Of a stretch of 64,000 bases of DNA, positions 1-7,885 are shown piece by piece (position 1 is the first letter of the stretch; every line of letters starts with the position of its first letter). The stretch is taken from the NCBI GenBank assembly GCA_964547905.1, contig CAZJPN010000050.1:11049-75048 (forward strand), given 5' to 3'. A model generated the notes under the pieces. That model was not told the DNA's origin and ran no database searches. It worked only from the letters and a program-made list of their open reading frames with translations. The stretch comes from an uncultured Pseudomonadota bacterium (GTDB lineage: Bacteria > JAMCPX01). Position numbers and translations under genes: made by a program.

Positions 1-351
1 TGCATTGAAACTCAATGGTGCTCCCTCTGCAAATTTTATAGCAATGTCAGGAGGTAAATATGCATTGATGGCAAACGGAAACCTTTGCACCGCAATATCC
101 GATGAGGTATGGAAATTCGCCACCTGCCCTTGTGCATGCACACCGGAATCGGTTCTACCGGCACCTGTTAGTTTTATATCCTCATTCGTTATCCTGCAAA
201 TCGCTTCTTGAACTATTTCTTGAATTGTTACGATATTATTCTGGATTCCCGGGCTTTCGCTTTTCCGCTTTTTTGCATTCCCCGGCTTTTGCGTCTGCCA
301 GCCTTTGTAGTTTGTGCCGTCGTACTCGATGATAAGTTTTATGTTGCGCAT
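1..351 (-). CDS. truA: tRNA pseudouridine(38-40) synthase TruA, partial (3' end lies beyond the window start)
   Basis: Reverse-strand translation from the ATG at ~349-351 reads MRNIKLIIEYDGTNYKGWQTQ...GAGRTDSGVHAQGQVANFHT. This carries the TruA hallmark YDGT.Y.GWQ and GRTD.GVHA motifs. The ORF runs off the window edge. Confidence 0.85.
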   Translation of the reverse strand, partial: MRNIKLIIEYDGTNYKGWQTQKPGNAKKRKSESPGIQNNIVTIQEIVQEAICRITNEDIKLTGAGRTDSGVHAQGQVANFHTSSDIAVQRFPFAINAYLPPDIAIKFAEGAPLSFNA

Positions 352-354
352 CTT

Positions 355-425
355 TTTAAAAGATTGAAAATTAAAGATTCAAAATTAAAAATTCAAGATT
401 AGAAATCAAATTCAAAATTCAAAGC
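355..425. repeat. Degenerate 7-8 bp tandem array (AAGATTC/AAAATTC units), copy 1
   Basis: aagattgaaaattaaagattcaaaattaaaaattcaagattagaaatcaaattcaaaattcaaag. Shares the core TTAATTTTGAATCTTTAAT (reverse complement) with arrays at 4745-4800 and 51041-51121. Confidence 0.6.
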
Positions 426-1053
426 CAAAGGCACCGATTATATATTGCGTGGATAAGTCGAACCCGGTATCACTCTTATGGAAGTCGTTTACCATATCCT
501 GACCAATCCTTATGTCGATGTAAACGTGATCTATCCCGTATTCTGTACGCAGATTGCCGACATGTCTCCTATCGAGAGGATCAAGCACAAAATGTATGCC
601 CGCTATCCAGTTATATCCATATTTATACCCGCTGACTGTTTTGCCTCCTCCTGAGGCTGTTTGATAAAAACCAGTTGCCACACCTCCAGCACCAACGTAT
701 GGGTACACGGGCTGATCATCCCTTAATCTCAATTGTAAAACAGCATCAAGCCTTGCCGGGTAAATCATGAGCGTATACTGCTGTCCAACGCCTGGCTCGG
801 CATATATGGTATTTGTTCCGTAAACAAAACCGAGAGAACCGTCAATACCTACAAAATGATAGAATAAAACACCTGCATTAAGCTGATACAGAGGAACATA
901 ATTGTTTTTATAGAATGATTGCAGAACAGGGTCTTTTGTGAAACGGACTACACCCGCACCGAGGGTGAGTTCGTAATGAACGTTATCGGAGGCGTGGGCC
1001 GGTACCGCCACAAAACCAAAAAATAATAACATAATAAAAATTTTTTTAATCAT
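412..1053 (-). CDS. Outer-membrane beta-barrel protein (OmpA-like/porin family)
   Basis: N-terminal signal peptide MIKKIFIMLLFFGFVAVPAHA. Composition is alternating aromatic/Gly-rich beta-strand type. C-terminal Phe (…GAFGFEF), typical of OMP beta-barrels. Confidence 0.7.
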   Translation of the reverse strand: MIKKIFIMLLFFGFVAVPAHASDNVHYELTLGAGVVRFTKDPVLQSFYKNNYVPLYQLNAGVLFYHFVGIDGSLGFVYGTNTIYAEPGVGQQYTLMIYPARLDAVLQLRLRDDQPVYPYVGAGGVATGFYQTASGGGKTVSGYKYGYNWIAGIHFVLDPLDRRHVGNLRTEYGIDHVYIDIRIGQDMVNDFHKSDTGFDLSTQYIIGAFGFEF

Positions 1054-1088
1054 TCTTATTTTCCCCTTCTAAAGAGCAACTTTTTATC

Positions 1089-1484
1089 CTACCATCTTCC
1101 TCTGTCATTCCCACGCAAGCATGCCCTCGACAACAATCGGGGGTGGGAAGCCAGCCTTACCTCTGTCATTCCCACGGAAGTGGGAATCCAGTCTTTCGTT
1201 AAATCTTTCCAATCTGGATTAAATCCTTCTCTTAATTCTATCTTCCATCTTCTATTCCATTTCTTTAATTGTTTTTCTCTTAATAATGAACTATTTACAT
1301 CATTGGTTTGTTCAAAATATACTAACGTACGAACATCATATCGCTTTGTAAAACCTTCTACAATACCTTCTTTATGTTCATATGTACGCCTTATTAAATC
1401 ATTAGTAACACCAATGTATAAAGTTCCATTTCTTTTACTTGCTAATATGTAAACAGAATAGGAGTTGGTCATAAATACTCTCAT
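1089..1484 (-). CDS. GIY-YIG nuclease family protein; the C-terminal ~30 codons of the ORF are encoded by hairpin repeat DNA
   Basis: YILASKRNGTLYIGVTNDLIRRTYEHKEG matches the GIY-YIG catalytic core. The tail …SVGMTEVRLASHPRLLSRACLRGNDRGRW is a translation of the flanking TGTCATTCCC…GGGAATCCA repeats. Confidence 0.75.
   Translation of the reverse strand: MRVFMTNSYSVYILASKRNGTLYIGVTNDLIRRTYEHKEGIVEGFTKRYDVRTLVYFEQTNDVNSSLLREKQLKKWNRRWKIELREGFNPDWKDLTKDWIPTSVGMTEVRLASHPRLLSRACLRGNDRGRW
1099..1193. repeat. Two tandem hairpin repeats, CTCTGTCATTCCCAC-[28 nt or 4 nt loop]-GTGGGAA(T/G)CCAG
   Basis: 1099-1160 is ctctgtcattcccacGCAAGCATGCCCTCGACAACAATCGGGGgtgggaagccag. 1161-1193 is ctctgtcattcccacGGAAgtgggaatccag. 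Both are perfect stem-loops (TTCCCAC/GTGGGAA). Confidence 0.75.
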
Positions 1485-1512
1485 GGATTCCCGTTTTCAC
1501 GGGAATGACAGG
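1480..1512. repeat. Inverted copy of the TGTCATTCCC…GGGAATCCA hairpin repeat
   Basis: Reverse complement is cctgtcattcccGTGaaaacGGGaatccatgag. It lies in inverted orientation to the 1161-1193 copy, so the pair brackets the GIY-YIG ORF. It also supplies the last codons (…SCHSRENGNP*) of the upstream beta-propeller gene. Confidence 0.7.
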
Positions 1513-3469
1513 ATAATAATTTTTTCCTCTGCTCTATACCTATTATTGCTATCCCAAATATTACTATAAACAAAAAGAGTGTAAAAAACTTCTGCATCAT
1601 TGTTCCATACAGTACAACCATGCTCCCGAATACAAATGGTTTAAGCATAACCCGAACAATGGCCCTTAATGTATCATGCCCTGCTATAAAATGGGCGATT
1701 GGCGGGCTTGTTGCATAGTATACCTTTACAAATAACCTTCCAGCAGCATTCTTTAAAAGCACTTTGTTTCTAAACTGCCTCAATACCCACACATCAAATT
1801 GATCATAAGAACCATAAGCTGCTGTTGCAATAAAACAATTGCCCTTCTGACCCGCAAGCTCAGCCGGGCTCGGAATATGGACGGGTGTAACTGTCACAGT
1901 GTTACTCAATCCACTTGTATTGCCTGCTAAATCGTACGTGATAAGGCCTATATAATAGAGTGTTCCGTTGGTAAGCCCGTTCAGCGTATAAGACGTGGTA
2001 TTGCCTGCATCAGCAACGGTTGAGGGAAGACTGTTTATGTCGAAGGGTGATGTAGAATAATATACAGAGTATCCGCCAACGTACTCAGAGGGACTTGCTG
2101 TCCAACTCAAATAAGCCTTGCTCTCATTGGGTATGGCAGAAAGATTGGAAGCCGACTGGGGCGGAACAGTTAACAATAAAATACTCGTTGATGCGTATGC
2201 TGTAATGCCGCTCGTGGTTTTTACATATATGTATATCGTGTATGGACCGTTTGCACCTCCTGCAAGATTTATGAGGTCGGAGGCATAAACAGGAAACGTC
2301 ATTGTCTGACCTGCTGTCACAGAGCCGCTTACACCTGGTATTGTGAACCCACTGCCCGGTGTGCCGTTTCCCCCTATCTCTGCCTCATAGGTCCCTGCCA
2401 TGGTTGATGACCATGTAATTGTAGATACATTGTTGTTTGTATCGTTGATAGCAGAAGGACTTGTCGATGCTATTGTTACTACACTCGAGAGTTCGTAAAC
2501 CGTGTTCGTACCGTAATCCGTAACATATGCATTAGCACCATTAGAAGTTATATAAGCTTGCTCAAGGTCTGATCCTCCTAAGGATAAGCTGTTGATTACT
2601 GTGTTATTGGATACCTGAATATAGGTAATGCCGCCTGCCGGGGAATTCATGACCATCAAGGTTGAATTATCAGGTGTGAGTGCAAGGCCGTTTGGATGAC
2701 CGCCCGAAGGCAATGTGATTGTATCCACAACATTATTGGAAGATGTATTTATAACAGAGATTGTATTATCGTTTGCATTGGCAACATACAGAGTTGTTGA
2801 ATTTGGTACTAATAAAAGTGCATCGGGATATGAGCCTGTGGTAATGGTTGTTGTTACTCCGTATGTATTTGTGACATTATAATTATATAGAAACACATTC
2901 ACAGCATTCGATGTGCTGTTCGCTACATAAACCTCAGTTGCACTTGCATTTGCAGCTATGCTTATCGGACCGCCTCCCCATGAATTCACTGTGGTAGAAG
3001 AAGAAGAGCCAAGAGGAAAATAAGACCATGAGTTATCCCCATAATTTGTTACAAATACTGTATTGTATGCTATAGCAATGCCGATAGGGTTATTGCCAAC
3101 CGATACTGTAGATGTGGTAAAATTAGCAGAATTGTTCAGACTCACAGCATAAATAGTGCTGTTCGTTCCATTACTTACATAGCCTGTAACATAAGCTATT
3201 GTCCCATCGGGTGTCACAGCAACCATGGACGGGTTTGTACCGGCAAAAATACTTGTAGTAAGAAGCGTGTTGTTTGAAAGGTTGATAATGTCCACTCTTC
3301 CGGTAAGGCTTTCTGCAACAACGGCATACGTTCCGTTGCCAGCAATACCATAAGGCCCGCTGCCAACCGGTATGGAGGCGACCTTGGTATTGGGAAACGC
3401 GTATGCAATACCGGTGTACATTATTAAACAAACTATTATTATGAGTATATTCGGAATCCATTTACCCAT
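1481..3469 (-). CDS. Secreted/cell-surface YVTN-type beta-propeller repeat protein with an FN3-like region and a CFIATAAYGS-type C-terminal domain plus a C-terminal TM helix
   Basis: Start moved to the internal ATG (MGKWIPNILIIIVCLIMYTGIAYA↓F signal peptide) with AAGAGGGG upstream. Repeated …YVTN/YVAN…G…V…D blocks are present. C-terminus reads GNCFIATAAYGSYDQFDVWVLRQFRNKVLL…YYATSPPIAHFIAGHDTLRAIVRVMLKPFV followed by a hydrophobic helix and a basic tail. Confidence 0.6.
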   Translation of the reverse strand: MGKWIPNILIIIVCLIMYTGIAYAFPNTKVASIPVGSGPYGIAGNGTYAVVAESLTGRVDIINLSNNTLLTTSIFAGTNPSMVAVTPDGTIAYVTGYVSNGTNSTIYAVSLNNSANFTTSTVSVGNNPIGIAIAYNTVFVTNYGDNSWSYFPLGSSSSTTVNSWGGGPISIAANASATEVYVANSTSNAVNVFLYNYNVTNTYGVTTTITTGSYPDALLLVPNSTTLYVANANDNTISVINTSSNNVVDTITLPSGGHPNGLALTPDNSTLMVMNSPAGGITYIQVSNNTVINSLSLGGSDLEQAYITSNGANAYVTDYGTNTVYELSSVVTIASTSPSAINDTNNNVSTITWSSTMAGTYEAEIGGNGTPGSGFTIPGVSGSVTAGQTMTFPVYASDLINLAGGANGPYTIYIYVKTTSGITAYASTSILLLTVPPQSASNLSAIPNESKAYLSWTASPSEYVGGYSVYYSTSPFDINSLPSTVADAGNTTSYTLNGLTNGTLYYIGLITYDLAGNTSGLSNTVTVTPVHIPSPAELAGQKGNCFIATAAYGSYDQFDVWVLRQFRNKVLLKNAAGRLFVKVYYATSPPIAHFIAGHDTLRAIVRVMLKPFVFGSMVVLYGTMMQKFFTLFLFIVIFGIAIIGIEQRKKLLSCHSRENGNP

Positions 3470-3548
3470 TCTTTCAATTCCCCTCTTATGTATATCTTCA
3501 AACAGACTATATCGCCTATCCTGATCTATCACGGCAACTTTCCTCTCC

Positions 3549-3635
3549 TGTCATTGCGGGCAAAGCGAAGCAATCTCTCTGTATTCATGAGATTGCTTCG
3601 TCGTGAAGCCTTCGGCGCCACTCCTTGCAATGACA
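3549..3635 (+). repeat. MITE/REP-like nested palindromic element, copy A (termini TGTCATTGC…GCAATGACA)
   Basis: tgtcattgcgggcaaagcGAAGCAATCTCtctgtattcatGAGATTGCTTCgtcgtgaagccttcggcgccactccttgcaatgaca. It has a 9-bp outer inverted repeat and a 12-bp inner stem. It sits in the spacer between the beta-propeller gene and asd. Confidence 0.75.
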
Positions 3636-3693
3636 ACCCACCAGAACAATCGCTTAAGCAATTGCTCATGTTATAATTTTCCACTCTTTTCTA

Positions 3694-4719
3694 TCACAAC
3701 AATCCGTCCTTTATCATCTGCTCTGCTATCTGGATTGCATTCAAAGCAGCGCCCTTTTTCAGTTGATCACCGACAACCCAGAAGTTTAAGCCGTTCTCAA
3801 CAGAATCATCCTCTCGTATCCTGCCTACAAAACAATCGTCCTGGCCTGCTATGAACAGCGGCATTGGATATTTTTTGTGTGCTGGGTCATCTTCAACCTG
3901 TACACCCGGGAATGCGTTTATAAGTTCTATGGCCTTTTGTCTGGTTATTTTCTTTTCCGTCTGGATATTGACAGCAATTGAATGTGCCCTGAAAACAGGT
4001 ACCCTGACAGTCGTCGGAGAAACCTTTATGGTTTGATCGTTCAATATCTTTCTTGATTCATTAATAAGCTTCATCTCTTCCTTTGTATATCCGTTTTCAA
4101 GAAAAACATCAATATGCGGCAATACATTGAATGCAATCTGATAGGGAAACACCTCTACCTTCAAAGGCTCTCCTTTTGCCCATGCCTTTACCTGAGTCTC
4201 AAGCTCTGCCATTGCCTTTGCACCTGCACCTGAAACTGCCTGATAGCTTGTTGCTACCATCCTTATTATCTTGCCATACCTGTGAAGCGGTGCGGCTCCC
4301 ATGAGTGTGACAATAGTCGTACAATTTGGATTTGCGATAATACCTGTTTTTTTGTACTGCTTTATCGCATCCGGATTTATCTCCGGTACGACAAGCGGTA
4401 TGTCAGGCTCCATCCTGAATGCAGAGCTGTTGTCGATAACGACAGCACCGGCATCAACCGCATTTTTTGCGAACTCCTTGCTTCTTGAAGCACCGGCAGA
4501 AAAAAGGGCTACTTCAACACCGGTGAAGGACTTGGGTCCCAATTCTTCCACTGATATGTTCTCTCCCTTGAATTTGAGGGTCTTGCCGTTTGACCTGCTT
4601 GAAGCAAGCAATTTTAATTCCCTGACCGGAAACTTACGTTCCTCAAGCAACTGCAGCATTACGTTGCCTACCGCACCGGTCGCACCTGCAATAGCAACCG
4701 AATAACTTTTACTTCCCAT
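3694..4719 (-). CDS. asd: Aspartate-semialdehyde dehydrogenase
   Basis: N-terminal AIAGATGAVG Rossmann motif, 341 aa Asd-like length and composition. AAAGGAG RBS upstream. Confidence 0.9.
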   Translation of the reverse strand: MGSKSYSVAIAGATGAVGNVMLQLLEERKFPVRELKLLASSRSNGKTLKFKGENISVEELGPKSFTGVEVALFSAGASRSKEFAKNAVDAGAVVIDNSSAFRMEPDIPLVVPEINPDAIKQYKKTGIIANPNCTTIVTLMGAAPLHRYGKIIRMVATSYQAVSGAGAKAMAELETQVKAWAKGEPLKVEVFPYQIAFNVLPHIDVFLENGYTKEEMKLINESRKILNDQTIKVSPTTVRVPVFRAHSIAVNIQTEKKITRQKAIELINAFPGVQVEDDPAHKKYPMPLFIAGQDDCFVGRIREDDSVENGLNFWVVGDQLKKGAALNAIQIAEQMIKDGLL

Positions 4720-4744
4720 TTTCCTTAACTCCTTTTATTGAATG

Positions 4745-4800
4745 TTTATTCCTTAATTTTGAATCTTGAATCTTTAATCTTTAATTTCTTAATCTTCTAT
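4745..4800. repeat. Degenerate 8-bp tandem array (T-AATCTT units), copy 2
   Basis: cttaattttgaatcttgaatctttaatctttaatttcttaatcttc, between leuB stop and asd start. Confidence 0.6.
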
Positions 4801-5853
4801 CCTTTTCAATATTTCCTCGCCCATTTCCAATGTGGAAACCGGTCTCCCTGTCCCATCGTCTATGTCCTTTGTACGTAAACCGTCATTAAGCGCCTTTTGT
4901 ATGGCATTTTCAATCATATCAGAAAGATCTGCCCTGTTAAACGAATATCTGAACATCATTGCAACAGATGCAATAGTGGCAATAGGATTAGCAATGCCCT
5001 TACCTGCAATATCAGGGGCTGATCCATGGATCGGCTCATATAACCCTTTTTTATCACCGATGCTTGCTGAGGGGAGCATGCCGAGTGAGCCGGTAAGCAT
5101 GGATGCCTCATCACTGAGAATATCACCGAACATATTGTCGGTGAGTATTACATCAAATTGTCCCGGATTCCTTATGATCTGCATTGCACAATTATCGACA
5201 TAGAGATGATCAAGCCTTACCTCGGGATAATGTACTGCAACCTCTTTAACGATCTGTCTCCAGAACATCGAAGTCTCGAGTATATTCGCCTTATCAACGC
5301 TTGTTACATGCTTTTTCCTGAGCATTGCAGCATCAAAAGCCCTTTTTGCAATCCTTTCAATCTCTTTGCGCGAATATACAAGCGTGTTGTAGCCTTTTTT
5401 ATTCTCCTTTATACCTCTTGGCTTGCCGAAGTATATGCCGCCGGTAAGCTCTCGTACAACAAGTATGTCTACGTTGCTTATCACCTCTGGTTTTAATGTA
5501 GACGCCTTTAGCAAGGCAGCATAGGGCTTTGCAGGCCTTAGGTTTGCATAAGTCTTGAGTCCTTCCCTGAGTGCAAGCAAAGCTTTTTCAGGCCTGATTG
5601 AAGGTTCTACAACATCCCACTTCGGACCTCCGACTGCACCGAGCAGTACAGCATCCGCCCTTTTCGCTTCCCTTAGATATTCATCTTTTAATGGTACACC
5701 GTAAATATCTATGCTTGCCCCGCCAATAGGAAATTCCTGCATATCAAGTTTTATATTACCTTTTTTCGCTACTTTTGTAAGCACCTTTTTGGCCTGTTCT
5801 ATGACCTCTGGCCCTATCCCGTCCCCGGGCAATATAACTATCCGTTTCTTCAT
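4789..5853 (-). CDS. leuB: 3-isopropylmalate dehydrogenase
   Basis: [18 protein letters not shown]-terminus. Isocitrate/isopropylmalate dehydrogenase family, 354 aa. Confidence 0.9.
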   Translation of the reverse strand: MKKRIVILPGDGIGPEVIEQAKKVLTKVAKKGNIKLDMQEFPIGGASIDIYGVPLKDEYLREAKRADAVLLGAVGGPKWDVVEPSIRPEKALLALREGLKTYANLRPAKPYAALLKASTLKPEVISNVDILVVRELTGGIYFGKPRGIKENKKGYNTLVYSRKEIERIAKRAFDAAMLRKKHVTSVDKANILETSMFWRQIVKEVAVHYPEVRLDHLYVDNCAMQIIRNPGQFDVILTDNMFGDILSDEASMLTGSLGMLPSASIGDKKGLYEPIHGSAPDIAGKGIANPIATIASVAMMFRYSFNRADLSDMIENAIQKALNDGLRTKDIDDGTGRPVSTLEMGEEILKRIED

Positions 5854-5883
5854 AATATCAACACTCCATTGTATTTTATTTAC

Positions 5884-6387
5884 TTAGCGTACCTTCTTCT
5901 CCATATAATTCATCAATCCGCCTGCACTCAAGAGCTTCTGCATAAACTCGGGAATGGGCGTAGCATTATAAACCTTATTAGTTAAAAGCTCTTTTATGAG
6001 TCCTGTGTCAAGATTAACCTCGAGGGGTGTACCTGTTTTTATCCCGCCGTTGGCGAGATCGATATTCTCATTTACCTCAAGCAAAGGTAATCCTATGTTG
6101 AACGAATTCCTGTAGAATATCCTTGCAAAGCTCCTCGCTATTACCAGTGATATACCGGCCGCCATTATAGCAATAGGCGCGTGTTCTCTCGATGAGCCGC
6201 TGCCGAAGTTTGAACCACCGACTATAATATCGCCCTTTGCCACCTTTTTATAAAAATCAGGATCAATACCCTCCATTGCATGCCTCGCAAGCTCATCGTG
6301 ATCAAAGGTATTGAGATACCGTGCAGGTATAATTACGTCCGTGTCGACATCATTACCAAATACATGTGCATTACCTCTTATTATCAT
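5884..6387 (-). CDS. leuD: 3-isopropylmalate dehydratase small subunit (short archaeal-type LeuD)
   Basis: 167 aa aconitase swivel-domain protein. Lies immediately downstream of leuC in the leu operon. Confidence 0.85.
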   Translation of the reverse strand: MIIRGNAHVFGNDVDTDVIIPARYLNTFDHDELARHAMEGIDPDFYKKVAKGDIIVGGSNFGSGSSREHAPIAIMAAGISLVIARSFARIFYRNSFNIGLPLLEVNENIDLANGGIKTGTPLEVNLDTGLIKELLTNKVYNATPIPEFMQKLLSAGGLMNYMEKKVR

Positions 6388-6412
6388 TCTTTGCCTCCTA
6401 ATTTTTTTATAA

Positions 6413-6488
6413 TGTCATTGCGAGGAGTGGAGCGACGAAGCAATCTACCGGTATTGAGGGATTGCTTCGCCTTTGGCTCGCAATGACA
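6413..6488 (-). repeat. MITE/REP-like nested palindromic element, copy B (inverse orientation to copy A)
   Basis: tgtcattgcgaggagtggagcgacGAAGCAATCtaccggtattgagggGATTGCTTCgcctttggctcgcaatgaca. It has a 12-bp perfect outer inverted repeat and a 9-bp inner stem. Its reverse complement aligns with copy A apart from a ~15-nt indel. It sits in the leuD-leuC spacer. Confidence 0.75.
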
Positions 6489-6513
6489 ATTTAACAATAT
6501 GAGCTGCAAACTG

Positions 6514-7803
6514 TTATCCATTGCCCTTTATTCCCAGTTCCTCGGGTGACCCGATCCTGCCAAGTACAGCAGAAGCAGCCACTATTGCCGGGTTAGCAAG
6601 ATAAACCTCGCTCTTCAGATCTCCCATTCTGCCTTTGAAGTTCCTATTCGTTGTTGCAACAGCCCTTTCTCCCGGTGCAAGAACACCCATATGCCCGCCC
6701 AAACACGGACCGCATGTCGGAGTGCTGAATACTGCACCTGCCTCAACAAAGGTCTCAATCAACCCTTCCTTCAATGCCTGCTGATATATTGTACGGGTTG
6801 CCGGGATCACGATCATCCTGAGGTTCGAATTCACCTTTCTGCCTTTTACAATAGATGCCGCAATCCTTAAGTCCTCTATCCATCCGTTCGTACATGAACC
6901 TACAAACGCCTGATCGATGCCTATCTTGCCGACTTCATCTATGTTTTTTGTATTTTCAGGCAAATGCGGGAATGCTACCTGCGGTTTGAGATTCGAAAGA
7001 TCATATTCATAAACATGTTCATACTTTACATCGGGGTCTGAGGTAAAAACCGTATAGGCCCTCTTTACTCTCTGGTTCACATATTTTACCGTCGTTGGAT
7101 CCGGTATGACAATCCCGTTTTTACCTCCTGCCTCGATTACCATGTTGCACATCGTGAATCTTTCACTCATGTTCATGGCATCGATGACATCACCGGTAAA
7201 TTCCATCGCCTTGTAAAGCGCCCCGTCAACGCCTATCTCTCCTATCGTGAAAAGTATCACGTCCTTGCCGTATACCCAGCTCTTGAGTTTCCCCTTTTTA
7301 TCGCTGTGATATACGAATTTTATTGTAGGCGGAACTTTGAACCATGCCTTGCCGCTCATCATTGCTGCGGCAAGGTCTGTACTGCCTACACCGGTTGAGA
7401 AAGCACCGACAGCACCGTAAGTACAGGTGTGACTGTCTGCCCCTATAACAAGATCACCTGGTGCAACAAGCCCTGATTCCGGCAGTAATGCGTGCTCAAT
7501 TCCCATATTGCCCACCTCAAAGTAGTTTTCAATCCCGGTTTCTCTCGCAAAGTCTCTCAGTATCTTACATTGAATTGCCGATTTTATATCTTTGTTCGGT
7601 GCAAAATGATCCGGAACAAGCACTACCTTGCTTTTGTCAAAAACATTTTTACCGCCGTGTCTTTTAAACTCATCTATGGCAATAGGTGCTGTAACATCAT
7701 TTCCAAGAGCCAGATCCACATTTGCCATAATGAGCTGCCCGGGTTCGACATGCTGTAAATCTGCATGTTGAGCCAAAATCTTTTCTGTAATCGTCATTCC
7801 CAT
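6514..7803 (-). CDS. leuC: 3-isopropylmalate dehydratase large subunit (archaeal-type ~420 aa LeuC)
   Basis: Aconitase-family catalytic domain with Fe-S Cys ligands (…GSCTNG…, …CGPCLG…). 429 aa. Confidence 0.9.
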   Translation of the reverse strand: MGMTITEKILAQHADLQHVEPGQLIMANVDLALGNDVTAPIAIDEFKRHGGKNVFDKSKVVLVPDHFAPNKDIKSAIQCKILRDFARETGIENYFEVGNMGIEHALLPESGLVAPGDLVIGADSHTCTYGAVGAFSTGVGSTDLAAAMMSGKAWFKVPPTIKFVYHSDKKGKLKSWVYGKDVILFTIGEIGVDGALYKAMEFTGDVIDAMNMSERFTMCNMVIEAGGKNGIVIPDPTTVKYVNQRVKRAYTVFTSDPDVKYEHVYEYDLSNLKPQVAFPHLPENTKNIDEVGKIGIDQAFVGSCTNGWIEDLRIAASIVKGRKVNSNLRMIVIPATRTIYQQALKEGLIETFVEAGAVFSTPTCGPCLGGHMGVLAPGERAVATTNRNFKGRMGDLKSEVYLANPAIVAASAVLGRIGSPEELGIKGNG

Positions 7804-7835
7804 ATTTTAAATTCCTTTCTTTCTGTTTTTTGTTT

Positions 7836-7860
7836 ATGCCCCCTTATTTTCCCCCTTACC
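7836..7860. other. Perfect G/C-run stem-loop TTCCCCCTT-acc-AAGGGGGAA in the leuA-leuC spacer
   Basis: 9-bp perfect inverted repeat. Additional C5/G5 runs on both sides (acaccccc…aataaggggg) allow alternative pairings. Confidence 0.5.
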
Positions 7861-7885
7861 AAGGGGGAATTAAAAGGGGGTGTAT

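Noticed and set aside
3488-3676. 62-aa ORF (…LSLRAKRSNLSVFMRLLRREAFG…); the same applies to the 6280-6486 ORF (…RGVERRSNLPVLRDCFAFGSQ)
   Set aside because: Both are translations of the nested-palindrome repeat elements in intergenic spacers. They have the repeat-derived amino-acid pattern and no RBS or independent coding signal.
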